A stretch of DNA of 64,000 nucleotides from Armatimonadota bacterium (GCA_041690135.1 JAWLHY010000001.1:1376001-1440000), one strand, 5' to 3'; counted from the stretch's first letter, positions 39,286 through 52,737 are shown. Made by a program: numbers and translations. The notes: generated by a model not told the origin, from the letters alone.

Positions 39286-39743
39286 TCCCCAGATCAGCGC
39301 TTTTCACAGGGCGAATGGAAGAAGTGAAGAAGTAGGGAATGGGAGTGTGGGAGAGGTCTTAATCAGGATCTCTCCCACTACTTAGTTTCTGGTGCTCCGA
39401 CACTTACTCCGGAGCCAGGTGGTGCGTCCGGGAAGTCCATTACGGCTTTCTGTCGACATCCGGTGAAGTGGTTCGGGCTCGCGCAGCGTCACGTATGCTC
39501 TGGATGGTAGGGAATGTGACGCCGTTCCATTCCGCAGGCACTGTTATTGATCCCGTTCGGCCAAACGGGACCGATCCTGACACGGGACGGCTACGGGTGG
39601 GCAGGACGGGATCAGCCCCAGGACGGCGGAACGCTGCGGCGAGACGTTCCCTACCGCTGCCGTTTGCCAAAGTTTGCCGATCGGAATCCATTCCGCGCCG
39701 TCGCGCGTTGCGTTCCATTTTTCTACTTGCCAGATGTACCGCC

Positions 39744-41453
39744 TTACGGCGTGCTGCTCACCGAAGTCGCGGGCATCGGCTCCGTGTCGGGCATCTCCGG
39801 CATCATGGCGGGCTGGCTCATGTCGATGACCGGCTCCGAAGAGGTAATCGGCGCCAGGCTCTCGGTGGCCACCTGCGTCTCCGACTCTGAGGGAACGAAG
39901 TCCGGATCGCCGGGCACCAGCGATCGCTCCTCCGTACTCCGGACGATCCGGACTCTCGGCTCCGGCGCGCGGGCCGGGACGAAGGACTCTGCTATCCGGC
40001 GCACGTCCGCTTCCGGCATGTCCGCCGCCGAGAGGGTCAGCCGGGTGCCCCCCTGCTTCCAGGTGAGGAACACCTGGGGGTAGGGCTCCTTCAAGCGCAC
40101 CAGGCGTCCTTCGACGGTCCCTTGCGGCGTTTCCAAGTTGATCACCTGGCCGTTGGCCAGGTCGCCTGGTGGCTCGTTGGCCGCATCCTGCTGAACCAGC
40201 TTCAGCACCTGGCTGGCCTTCTCCCCTTCCCGCAGCCAGTGGATGTCCAGCCAAGCGCCGCGCCGCGCCCGCACCCGCATCAAGCGGTAGTCCGCGGGCA
40301 GCCATTCCGGAGCCAGCACTGGGAAAGAGACCCGATCCGACCGGTTCCAGGCCAGCTCGTGCGCCGTGGTAACGGGTTTCCGATCGAATTCCTCGGTCCG
40401 CTTCGGAACGTAAGGCAGGGCCAGCGTGTGGGGATCCACATCCCCGTGCACCACGAAGGCGCCATCCGGGATCTGGAAGTCGAACGTGCCGGCGGGCAAC
40501 ACGTCGTAATTCACCTGCAGGTCCGCGGCCTCGGTCACGATGTGGTTCTGTTCATCGCGGTACCAGTGGATCCGGCGCGGGATGTAGGTCTCCTTGTCGA
40601 TCCACACCTGGTACTGGTCCTGCCGGGTGCCTCCGGGAGGCGTGGCGGCGAACTTGAGCCGGTAGCACTCGCGTGGGCCGACCCACTCCGAGCCGGTCAT
40701 CTCCACGTCCGGGCTCTGGGTCAACTGCCGGACCATCTGCTCCAGGCTCACGTTCCCGCCGTTCTGCCAGGTAACGCCGAACGGGAACGGCAGCGCCTCT
40801 TGACCCTCTCGGCGCGGCCGGACGATGACCACCGGGCCCCGGTCGTTCCATCGTGCGCCAGGGATGTAGTGGATGACGCGGTCCTGGTAGACGTAGGTCT
40901 GCAGGCGGTAGTCCTTCGCCGTGTCCAGGCGAAACTCGCCCGGGCGCCGGAAGAACTGCCGCTGTTTGAAGGTGCGCGGCTGCCCCTGGTAGGTGCCGGT
41001 GCTTACGAAGACACAGCCGTAGTTGTGGATGTTGCGCCAGGAGACGCTGGCCCGCCGGGCCACTTCCGCGGCGTTGATACTCCGCGTGGAGGCGAAAGCA
41101 CAGAGCCCGACGGCCACCACGGCGGTGGTAAGACCGCTTGCCAGGCGCAGGCGCGGTGGTGCCGGCAGCAGCCGTGCCAGGAACTCCCCGAGGCGCGCCG
41201 GGGACAGCGGGTGCCGGCGGCGCTCACGGCGATGCCGGGCCAGACGCACCTGCAGGCTGGCGCTGAAGTGAGCCGGCACGTCCTCCAACTCTTCTTCGTG
41301 GAGCATGCCGACCACGGCCTGCATCCGGGCATATTCCGCGCGGCAGCCGGAGCATTCTTCCAGATGCGCGAGGACCTTGCGGCTCTCGCGGGACTCGAGC
41401 TCTCCGTCGAGGAGGGCGCGGATCCGGGATTCGACAAAGTTACAGCCAGTCAT
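39744..41453 (-). CDS. Anti-sigma factor: zf-HC2 + TM + LolA/RseB-like extracytoplasmic domain
   Basis: HLEECSGC (HxxxCxxC); TM; VWIDKETY.P.R..WY and FDFQIP.GA. Confidence 0.82.
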   Translation of the reverse strand: MTGCNFVESRIRALLDGELESRESRKVLAHLEECSGCRAEYARMQAVVGMLHEEELEDVPAHFSASLQVRLARHRRERRRHPLSPARLGEFLARLLPAPPRLRLASGLTTAVVAVGLCAFASTRSINAAEVARRASVSWRNIHNYGCVFVSTGTYQGQPRTFKQRQFFRRPGEFRLDTAKDYRLQTYVYQDRVIHYIPGARWNDRGPVVIVRPRREGQEALPFPFGVTWQNGGNVSLEQMVRQLTQSPDVEMTGSEWVGPRECYRLKFAATPPGGTRQDQYQVWIDKETYIPRRIHWYRDEQNHIVTEAADLQVNYDVLPAGTFDFQIPDGAFVVHGDVDPHTLALPYVPKRTEEFDRKPVTTAHELAWNRSDRVSFPVLAPEWLPADYRLMRVRARRGAWLDIHWLREGEKASQVLKLVQQDAANEPPGDLANGQVINLETPQGTVEGRLVRLKEPYPQVFLTWKQGGTRLTLSAADMPEADVRRIAESFVPARAPEPRVRIVRSTEERSLVPGDPDFVPSESETQVATESLAPITSSEPVIDMSQPAMMPEMPDTEPMPATSVSSTP

Positions 41454-41455
41454 TC

Positions 41456-41998
41456 TCACGATCCGACCTCCACGTAGGGCCGCAGTACCGTCGCCAGGCG
41501 CTGGGTGGCATAATGCAGGCGGCTGCGCACCGTACCGATCGGACACCCCACGATCTGGGCGATCTCTTCGTAGCTCAACCCGTGCAGGTCGCGCAATACC
41601 ACGACGAGCCGCAGCTTGTAGGGAAGCTGCTCGATCGCGGAGCGGACCCGTTCCTGCAGTTCGCCGGAAATGGCGAGGTGCTCCGGGTTATGACCCTGAT
41701 ACTGATCAGGCTCCTGCTCGTCCAGGTCGGTGGTGTCCAGCCGGCGCTTGCGCAGGTGATGCGAGCAAACGTGGACGGCGATCCGGTAGATCCAGGTGCT
41801 GAAGGTGGAGTCGCCGCGGAAGTTCGGCAGCGCCTTGTAGGCCGCAATAAACACATCTTGCGCCAGGTCGTCCGCTTCCGCGGGTGATACCAGCCGGCAG
41901 ACCAGGCTGTACACGCGCTTCCGGTGCCGTTCGACCAGAGCGTCGAAGGCATCCTCATCTCCGCGCTGGAACTGAGCTACGAGCCGATGATCATCCAT
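41456..41998 (-). CDS. ECF RNA polymerase sigma factor (RpoE/SigW-like)
   Basis: DLAQDVF, FSTWIYRIA, GLSYEEIA..VGCPIGTVRSRL. Confidence 0.95.
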   Translation of the reverse strand: MDDHRLVAQFQRGDEDAFDALVERHRKRVYSLVCRLVSPAEADDLAQDVFIAAYKALPNFRGDSTFSTWIYRIAVHVCSHHLRKRRLDTTDLDEQEPDQYQGHNPEHLAISGELQERVRSAIEQLPYKLRLVVVLRDLHGLSYEEIAQIVGCPIGTVRSRLHYATQRLATVLRPYVEVGS

Positions 41999-42124
41999 TG
42001 GGCCTCTGCACCTATTTCGTCTTAGATGATTACGGGATTACCCGGACAGATGGTGGCCCCTTGCCCGCAAAGAGTTCGGTTTTCCCACAGCCGTTTTTCG
42101 TTGGCTTCAGATCGTCTCGCTCCC

Positions 42125-43501
42125 CTATCCGCCGGGGGAACCCAGGTGTACCTGCCACTGCTCCACATCCAGCGTCGGTAGCCGGGATCGGTCGAAGCGC
42201 CACTCACGCCGGGGTATCTGGTTCTCCAGGTCCCTTTCCAGCGCGCGCAGCAACCGCTCCGGGTCGCGGAGACCTTCCCGCTCCACCCAGGCGTCGAACG
42301 CTTCCGGAGTGGTAATGCCCAGGCCTTCCGCACACGCCCGCAATGCCCCGGTGCCGCTCCCGCGCCGCTTCCATTGGGCCGACGCCTCGCCGCTCAATTC
42401 TTCAACGAGTGCGGAATAGGCCGCCAACCGGTAGGAGATCGGCCCCTCAAGCTGCAGGTATGCGGCCGGCCAGAGGGCCACCTGCGCATTCCGCTCCGCC
42501 GGTGTCGCCACCCGCATTCCCAGCCACAGGGCCTGAAGCACTACTTGCGAGGGAGAAGCGGGTGCACTGGCGGCCAGGTTGGTGAGCACCCGATAGAGGT
42601 CCGGCCACGCTTCCGCTGCCGCGAGCCTGTCCACCGCGGCCAGGAGGAACTCGGTCTTCCGTAACGCATCCACTTCCCGACCGGCCCACCGCCCAAAGAG
42701 CAGCCCCATCTCCCGGAGAGTCACGGCCTTTCCGGCCGTGTTCCCCGACTGCTCCGTTAGAGCCAGGGCTGCCTCGAAGTGTCCCAGCGCCTCGGTCATT
42801 CGCAGTTGCGCGGCCGCCGCCATCCCGCGATGATGCACGATCGTGCCACGCTCCCACAGAATATCCTGTTCGGTGGAAGCCGGACACAACTCCAGGGCAC
42901 GTTCTAACGCCTGGTCCGCGGAACTCCACTTCTCCGCGTGATACAGGGCGAGGCCGAGCTGGTGCCATAGCCGGTAGTCTTCCACTATCCGTAGCGTGCG
43001 ACGGCAAAAGCTCACCGCGACGCCCGGCCGTCCCGCGTTGTTGGCCTGCTGGGCCAGAACGAGCCCCAGGTTGAGCGCAACCTCCACCTGGTTGCCCAGT
43101 TCGGCCAGCCGGAAGTACTCCTGGGCCTCTTCCGCGCCACAAGTCTCCACGGTGAGCCAGTATCTTTCGAACCAGCACAATGCCCCGCGGGCCGCCGCTT
43201 CCCGACGCTCATTCATTTCCAGCCTGTCGGCCAACTCCGTCCGGAGCTCCGGCGCCAACCGGAACCGCTCGCCGCCGGAGGGCGAGTGGACCTCCACCTG
43301 GATCAGCCCCAGAGCGGCGGCCCTCCGCAGGCAGACCTCGAAGGGTGCCCCTCCGGCAACCGCGGATAGGACTGCCCAATCCGCGGGCAATCCCAGTACC
43401 GTGAGGCACGTCAGCACCTCTTTCGCGGCAGATCCCAGTTCGCTGCTGAATTCCTCCAGGCGCCGTGTTATGCCGTCATCTGGGCTTTCTTTTCCGAACA
43501 T
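42125..43501 (-). CDS. TPR protein with N-terminal winged-helix-like segment (STAND C-terminal half)
   Basis: L...L.P.....L..V....L......GLI.....RFRL.P.LR followed by long TPR/MalT-like helices; no Walker A. Confidence 0.65.
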   Translation of the reverse strand: MFGKESPDDGITRRLEEFSSELGSAAKEVLTCLTVLGLPADWAVLSAVAGGAPFEVCLRRAAALGLIQVEVHSPSGGERFRLAPELRTELADRLEMNERREAAARGALCWFERYWLTVETCGAEEAQEYFRLAELGNQVEVALNLGLVLAQQANNAGRPGVAVSFCRRTLRIVEDYRLWHQLGLALYHAEKWSSADQALERALELCPASTEQDILWERGTIVHHRGMAAAAQLRMTEALGHFEAALALTEQSGNTAGKAVTLREMGLLFGRWAGREVDALRKTEFLLAAVDRLAAAEAWPDLYRVLTNLAASAPASPSQVVLQALWLGMRVATPAERNAQVALWPAAYLQLEGPISYRLAAYSALVEELSGEASAQWKRRGSGTGALRACAEGLGITTPEAFDAWVEREGLRDPERLLRALERDLENQIPRREWRFDRSRLPTLDVEQWQVHLGSPGG

Positions 43502-43687
43502 GGCCTGCAGTTTTCTGGAGCTTGTCGCCTTGCCTGTCCAGTCCCTTCCACTGGGGTACCTATTCGCCGGACAGACGTATTCACCTTTGCGCCCGTCGCC
43601 GAACCGGAGCGGGCCCAAGGGGTGCTCGCCTTCCGGCCTGCTTTCGCTGTGGGGTGGAACCGGTTTGCGCGCGCGGCTATCCCACAG

Positions 43688-43734
43688 TTGACAGGCCGGC
43701 AAGGGTATGCAACACTATATCCGGATGGACGGAT
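43688..43734 (+). promoter_or_regulatory. Putative sigma70 promoter of metH with adjacent palindromic operator
   Basis: TTGACA (43688)-17 nt-AACACT preceded by TGc; ATCCG-N6-CGGAT at 43719-43734. Confidence 0.5.
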
Positions 43735-43808
43735 GAATGCCCTCCGCAGGCCGATCAGAATGGCCGTGCCCGTAGCGGCCTTCACGGCACGCACCTGGGC
43801 CACCCGTC

Positions 43809-43864
43809 TCACGCATCACGTATTACGCATCACGTAATATGCATCACGAATTACGCGTCACGCT
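43809..43864. repeat. Heptamer tandem array T(C/T)ACG(C/T)A x8 (degenerate)
   Basis: tcacgca tcacgta ttacgca tcacgta atatgca tcacgaa ttacgcg tcacgct; reverse complement of the moaA array unit. Confidence 0.8.
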
Positions 43865-43880
43865 CCCCCTTACAACCGCC

Positions 43881-47576
<3,696 letters not shown>

Positions 47577-47724
47577 GGCATCTCACCGCAAAGGGCCGCA
47601 ATGGGCCGCAAAGAGAGGGAAAGGAGGGGGCTGGTGCTGAAACCGGTCCCCTCTCTGGCTCACCTGTCCGTTCGAGAGATGTCTCGCCTTCACGAAAGGC
47701 TTGGTATCGAGTTCTTCCTTTTCC

Positions 47725-47767
47725 CTTTGCGTCATTGCGCACCCCTGTGGGGCGTAAACCTTTGCGA
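47725..47767. repeat. Octamer C(T/A)TTGCGN run interrupted by micro-element copy 3 (47741-47759, ACCCCTGTGGGGCGTAAAC)
   Basis: Removal gives ctttgcgt-cattgcgc-ctttgcga. Confidence 0.6.
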
Positions 47768-47957
47768 GAGCTAATTTCCTTCCGTGTCTTTCCGCGTGTT
47801 CCGCGGGCAATCGCACGGGTAATCCGTCCCTCTCCTGCTTTGCGGATGCGCGTCTTTGCGCGAGACCCTCCTCTTCAGGTTCGGTGGATGGGAGTTTCCC
47901 GGCACAGGCATTCGGGAAAGTAGGGGTGCCAATCGACTGCGGACACGGAGGACCCAA

Positions 47958-48215
47958 ATGCCGGAAGTGAAGTGCACCGTGAGCAACTGCGAGTACTGGG
48001 GCGTCAGCAACGTCTGCACTGCCGACCAGATCCTGATCACCGCCGGGCCGACGGCCGGCAAGGACAAGCACGGCTCCGGAGCGGAGCGCATGAACGATAC
48101 GCCGGTCGCCATTTCGGAACACACCTACTGCTGGACCATGACGCCAAGCGAGTTGGCGGAGCTCGAGGAAGAGGATTATGTAGGAGACACGACCTACACC
48201 GCCGGCTCGGCGTAG
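47958..48215 (+). CDS. DUF1540 small Cys-rich protein
   Basis: VKCTVSNCEYW...CTADQI...T.C.T; GGAGG RBS. Confidence 0.8.
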   Translation: MPEVKCTVSNCEYWGVSNVCTADQILITAGPTAGKDKHGSGAERMNDTPVAISEHTYCWTMTPSELAELEEEDYVGDTTYTAGSA

Positions 48216-48225
48216 CCCTCACACG

Positions 48226-48774
48226 CTATCGGGTGATGACACTGATGCGGCCATCGCCCTCCATAAATGCTTCCTTCACCTGGCCCAGCTCTTCGATGCC
48301 CTTTTCGCGGAGTTGGGTCATCAGTTCTTCTTCAGTGATCAACTCCCGGCTCATGTTCCGGCGCAGCATGCGTCCGTCTTTCACGAGCAGCAATGCTTCG
48401 GGGTGGACGAACCGGCGGATGGGTGGGAAACGGTAGCCCAGCCACTCGAGCGCGTAGCACCAGAACACGATCGTGCCGACGAGCACCAGCCCATCGCCCA
48501 CGGAACGGTACTGTCCAGCCATGGCGTTCTGGGCGGCGTCCGCGATCAGCACTACTACCAGCAGGTCGGTGATCCCAATTCCGCCAGACTCACGCTTCAA
48601 GACCAGGCGCAACAAAGCAAAAAGCGCCAGGTAAACCACGGTCCCCCGGAGCGCCAGTTCGGGCACCGCGGCGGTCGGAGCGAAGGTCTCCATCCACTCG
48701 ATCTGCGGCAGTTGCGGAGTTTGCAGCCCGCCCATCCCACGCTCCTTCAGGGGTGAGGGGAGTTCTTCCGCCAC
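48226..48774 (-). CDS. DUF421/YetF family membrane protein (start uncertain)
   Basis: LR...KRE, DLLV..LIA, LREKGI, A.ME.DGRISV. Confidence 0.85.
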   Translation of the reverse strand: MAEELPSPLKERGMGGLQTPQLPQIEWMETFAPTAAVPELALRGTVVYLALFALLRLVLKRESGGIGITDLLVVVLIADAAQNAMAGQYRSVGDGLVLVGTIVFWCYALEWLGYRFPPIRRFVHPEALLLVKDGRMLRRNMSRELITEEELMTQLREKGIEELGQVKEAFMEGDGRISVITR

Positions 48775-49003
48775 TGTACCCGGCGGGTTGGAGAGGCAAA
48801 ACCAACGGGGATGTTACGGGCTACCTACTTCCTGCGGATTGTTAAGTGTCGCCTCGTGCAAAGGGGTATGTTCACGAGTCGGCGAATCTTCCTGGGACTC
48901 CCCTAGCGGGTGGGAGGGTCTCAAGGCGTAGACGGGGTAGGGTGTTGTTCACCGGCCGTCGGGGTTACGCATCGAGCTGACCATCGCCCAAGGAGTAAGG
49001 TTT

Positions 49004-50311
49004 ATGAGCAATGATAGGGATGCGCGTTTGCACCTGGTCTGCATTTCCGGACCGGACCAGGGCAAGCGGATCGCCCTGGGCGATCAGGAGACGGTCATCG
49101 GCAGTGCCTCGGACGCGGGGCTCCTCAGCGGCGATCCGGATGTCGCGGAACGGCACGCGGGCGTTTGCCTGTTGAACGGTGTGGTGCACTACCGTTCACT
49201 GGCCGGCACTCCCCTTTTCCAGGACGGGGTCGGCCGGTCGGACGGAACCCTCGGGCCGGGCGCGCAGCTTCGGATTGGGCGCTCTTTCTGGCAGATGCAG
49301 GCGCCGGGCCGGGTGGTGGGATCTCCGGCCGGAGGGCTCTTCGACGCGGTGGGCCGGCACGTCCGCAGCATCACCGGCACCGAGGAGTTGGAAGGCTTCA
49401 GCGTCGAGGAGTTTTTCTCGGACGTCTCCAAGCGCCGGACGGATGAGGACATCGAGGAGTTCTTCATCGTCGGCACCCGCCTGACGACACCTTCGCTCCG
49501 GGACGTGAACACCAAGTGGCCCAAGCCCTGGCTGTTCTTCAAGGCGTTGACGCTCTCGCTGCTGATCTATCTCGGCTTCGCGTTCGCGTTCAACACCTTC
49601 CACAACCCGAACCTGATCCCCGGCCTGATCATGATGGGTTCGTTCGCGGTGCCGCTCAGCGTGGTGTTCTTCTTCTTCGAGATGAACGTGCTGCGAAACA
49701 TTTCCGTGTACCACGTCTTCAAGTCGCTGCTGGCGGGAGGCGTGCTCTCCCTGATCACCTCGCTTTACGGGTTCCAGATCCTGCAGTTGAGCTGGCTGGG
49801 AGCCTCTTCGGCCGGAATCATCGAGGAGACCGGTAAGCTGCTGGCCCTGCTGATCCTGTACCGCCAGACGGAGCGGCGCTGGACCTTGAACGGCCTGCTA
49901 CTCGGTGGGGCCGTGGGCGCCGGGTTCGCGGTGTTCGAATCGGCCGGTTATGCGCTGCGGATCCTGATCCTCGGCGGGCCCGAGGCGATGTTCGACAATA
50001 TCTGGATCCGGGGGCTCCTCTCGCCGGGAGCGCACGTGGCATGGACCGCTCTCGTCGGTGCGGCCTTGTGGCGCGTGCGGGGCAACCAGCCGACCACGGG
50101 GGTGGTCCTCCAGGACCTCCGCTTCCTGCGGGTCTTCGGCCTGGCGATCGGTCTGCACATGATTTGGAATGCGCCCATCGACCTGCCGTTCTACGCCAAG
50201 CACATCGCTCTGACGGTGATCGCCTGGATGGGCATTCTCGGGTTCGTCCAGGAGGGCCTGAAGCAGGTCCGCGCGGAGCAGGCCGAACTCTCGCCGGTTT
50301 CCGGGAACTGA
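49004..50311 (+). CDS. PrsW-family intramembrane metalloprotease with N-terminal FHA-like domain
   Basis: ISGPDQG..IG...VAERHA; IEETGK, FAVFES, HVAW, HMIWN; AAGGAG RBS. Confidence 0.88.
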   Translation: MSNDRDARLHLVCISGPDQGKRIALGDQETVIGSASDAGLLSGDPDVAERHAGVCLLNGVVHYRSLAGTPLFQDGVGRSDGTLGPGAQLRIGRSFWQMQAPGRVVGSPAGGLFDAVGRHVRSITGTEELEGFSVEEFFSDVSKRRTDEDIEEFFIVGTRLTTPSLRDVNTKWPKPWLFFKALTLSLLIYLGFAFAFNTFHNPNLIPGLIMMGSFAVPLSVVFFFFEMNVLRNISVYHVFKSLLAGGVLSLITSLYGFQILQLSWLGASSAGIIEETGKLLALLILYRQTERRWTLNGLLLGGAVGAGFAVFESAGYALRILILGGPEAMFDNIWIRGLLSPGAHVAWTALVGAALWRVRGNQPTTGVVLQDLRFLRVFGLAIGLHMIWNAPIDLPFYAKHIALTVIAWMGILGFVQEGLKQVRAEQAELSPVSGN

Positions 50312-50410
50312 TTCGCGCGCTGCTGATCTCGAAGTGGGGAGCCTCCTGTTCCGGCGTGAGAGGGTGCGGGAGTTTGAGGACTGTGCTCGAGACGTCGTGA
50401 GCGAGGAGTT

Positions 50411-50450
50411 CCCCTCTCCCGCAGCGTGGGAGAGGGGCAGGGGTGAGGGT
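50411..50450. repeat. REP-like palindrome CCCCTCTCCC..GGGAGAGGGG-CAGGGGTGAGGG
   Basis: 10-bp stem read directly; a second hairpin GTGGGGTCCCA..TGGGACCCCAC lies at about 50489-50528. Confidence 0.6.
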
Positions 50451-50622
50451 ACTCCTGGTATGAGTGGTGCAAGTGGGCTACTTGCCTGGTGGGGTCCCAT
50501 GCCCACTTGCCGGGCGTTGGGACCCCACTCCACACGGCACGACGGGTGCAAAGCCACAGCCCGGCGGGTACGGAGACTCCGCCCTACTTCTGCGGGTGCA
50601 AGTACTGAGGCCATACCATTCC

Positions 50623-51639
50623 TCAGTCGCCTTGGTGGGACAGGATGTGCCGGCACAGGCCCAGCAGCCGGTGGGTGTAGCCCATCTCATTGTCATACCA
50701 GGCTACTACCCGCGCCAGGTTGCCCCGCACCTCCAGGCTCGGTTCCACCACGATGCTGGCTCGCGGATCTCCGACGAATGCCCGCGACGGCAGGTGAGCG
50801 TCCGTCGTCAGTCCGTAGGCCTCCTCGCGGCCCGCGGCGTAGGTCCGTAGCGCGGCGCGGAGTTCCTCGCGCGAGATGCTCTGCTCTAATTGGAAATGCG
50901 CTTCGAGTAGGGAGCCGGTCAACGTAGGCACGCGGGCGGCCTGGCCGGTGATCTTCCCCTCCAGGTCCGGGAAGATCATGGCGATCGCCTTCGCGGCTCC
51001 CGTCTCGGAGATGATGATGTTCTGGAAAGCGCTCCACGAGTCCGGCAGATCCTCCGCGGGGGCATCCACCAGTCGCTGGCTGTTGGTGACCGCATGGATC
51101 GCCACGAAGAAGCCGGCGGCGATTCGCATTCCCGCCTCGCGCAGCGCCATCACGGGATGCACCAGGCAGTTGGTGGTGCAGGAGGCGGCGGAGAGAATGC
51201 GGTGACGCCGGGGATCGAAGTCCGTGTGGTTCACGTGGTGCAGGAGTACCGCGTCCGCATCCTCGCGCGTCTTCGGCGGCATTGTCACCAGCACCTGGCG
51301 CGCCCCCAACTGCAGGTGCGCTTCGGCGGGCTCTCGTCGGCTGGCTCGCCCGGTGGCCTCGACCACCAGTGTGGCGCCGATCTCCTCGTAGTTCGCCTCC
51401 TCGGGGCGGAAGAACGGCACCCGTAAGCCCTCCCCCAGGTCGAAGGCGCCATCCACATAACGCACCGGCCGGAGCGAGCGTCCGTAGCTGGTATCGAACT
51501 CCGTTAGGGCGGCCAGCTTTCGCGGGTCGGCGGTGTCCACTACCCCCGCCAGACGAAACTGCCGCGGATTTCGCTGCCACTCTCGCAGGAACACTCGCCC
51601 GATCCGGCCCGCTCCCACCAATACCACTCCTGGTTGCAT
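50623..51639 (-). CDS. Divergent type I glyceraldehyde-3-phosphate/erythrose-4-phosphate dehydrogenase family protein
   Basis: GAGRIGR, EATG, SAASCTTNCL, TGAAKAI, RVPT, AWYDNEMGY; GGAGG RBS. Confidence 0.9.
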   Translation of the reverse strand: MQPGVVLVGAGRIGRVFLREWQRNPRQFRLAGVVDTADPRKLAALTEFDTSYGRSLRPVRYVDGAFDLGEGLRVPFFRPEEANYEEIGATLVVEATGRASRREPAEAHLQLGARQVLVTMPPKTREDADAVLLHHVNHTDFDPRRHRILSAASCTTNCLVHPVMALREAGMRIAAGFFVAIHAVTNSQRLVDAPAEDLPDSWSAFQNIIISETGAAKAIAMIFPDLEGKITGQAARVPTLTGSLLEAHFQLEQSISREELRAALRTYAAGREEAYGLTTDAHLPSRAFVGDPRASIVVEPSLEVRGNLARVVAWYDNEMGYTHRLLGLCRHILSHQGD

Positions 51640-51826
51640 TCGTTACCTCCGTGGATCTACTCCGGGAACCGCCTTTCCATCGTCCTCGATGGGCGCGGCT
51701 CCCTACCTCAGCGTATCGAGGCGCGAGAGGCGTGATCCACGCCGAAGACGACTTTCGTACGGTGCAGCGGTACAATTAACGGCAATGCAATACGCATCGT
51801 GGGTTAAATGGGGACAGAAAGCTGAC

Positions 51827-52261
51827 ATGACGGAAACACGACGTGGGAAGAATGGTATAAGCAACAATCTTCGGCGCGAGCGAGAGGCCCGCCGGCTGTC
51901 CCTGGAGCAGTTGGCGCGGAAAGCGGGGATCCGCCGGGGATCGCTCTGGCAGATGGAAAATGGGGAGATCGGCCCCAGCCTGGAGACGGCGCTGCGCTTG
52001 AGCCGCGCGCTACGCGTGCCGGTCGAGCACCTGTTCTGGTTGGAAGGTGAAGACGAAGAGGCCGAAACCCGCACGGCCCGGCCGGAGCCCGACGTGATGG
52101 TCCGCGCCGTGCTCGGGGCGCTTGCGGAGAGCCTGCAGGATGAACTGTTTGTACGCCAAACCCTGTTCCGGCTGCGGCGGAGTCTGCTGGTGGAGGCGCA
52201 GCGGGTGCTGGAAGAAGAGGAACGGCAGGCGCGGGAGGCCTACGCCAAGAGTTTCATTTAA
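51827..52261 (+). CDS. XRE-family HTH transcriptional regulator
   Basis: LRRER...LS.EQLA..AGI....L..MENG...PSL.TA.RL...L.V.VE.LF. Confidence 0.88.
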   Translation: MTETRRGKNGISNNLRREREARRLSLEQLARKAGIRRGSLWQMENGEIGPSLETALRLSRALRVPVEHLFWLEGEDEEAETRTARPEPDVMVRAVLGALAESLQDELFVRQTLFRLRRSLLVEAQRVLEEEERQAREAYAKSFI

Positions 52262-52344
52262 TCGGCAGTGGGTGAAGGATTGCCTACAGTGCCGTGTGGA
52301 AGTTATCCGTGTTGGTGATGCCCTCCAGGAAAGGAGACGCTCCG

Positions 52345-52707
52345 ATGTTAGTTCCTCTGCTTCTTACGGCGCTTAAGGGAAATCTGAAGTCGGTGGTTAG
52401 CGGCACCCTGAGTGACCTGGGGCAACGGGGTGTGGACGAGAAGATGACCGCCGCCATTCCGGTAATCGTGGCGGAGATGGAGTCGGACGGCGCCACGCCG
52501 GCCGACCTGGAACTCCGGCAGGTGGTCCGAGGCGCCATGTTCCGCTTGTGGAAGGTGGTGGTCAACAATGGCCACGCGGCCGATGCCTTCCGGGACGCGC
52601 AGGACGACAAGGTGGTCGCCGCGGTCCTGGTAGCGATCAACCGTGAGACACCGCTTGCCGAGATCGTAACGAAGACCAAGGACGAGATCATCTCCCTGAC
52701 CTTCTGA
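52345..52707 (+). CDS. Hypothetical helical protein (120 aa)
   Basis: AAGGAG RBS before ATG 52345; followed by a hairpin. Confidence 0.7.
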   Translation: MLVPLLLTALKGNLKSVVSGTLSDLGQRGVDEKMTAAIPVIVAEMESDGATPADLELRQVVRGAMFRLWKVVVNNGHAADAFRDAQDDKVVAAVLVAINRETPLAEIVTKTKDEIISLTF

Positions 52708-52737
52708 GGTCCGCGAGAGGGTCGGAAATAGCGCGGC

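Noticed and set aside
39440-39743. Short ORFs downstream of the anti-sigma gene
   Set aside because: Protein-like patches fall in different frames with no recognisable family; possibly a decayed gene, not supportable.
43700-43880. Known SAM-I, SAH or cobalamin riboswitch before metH
   Set aside because: Diagnostic conserved cores were not found by eye; only a low-confidence novel structure is reported.
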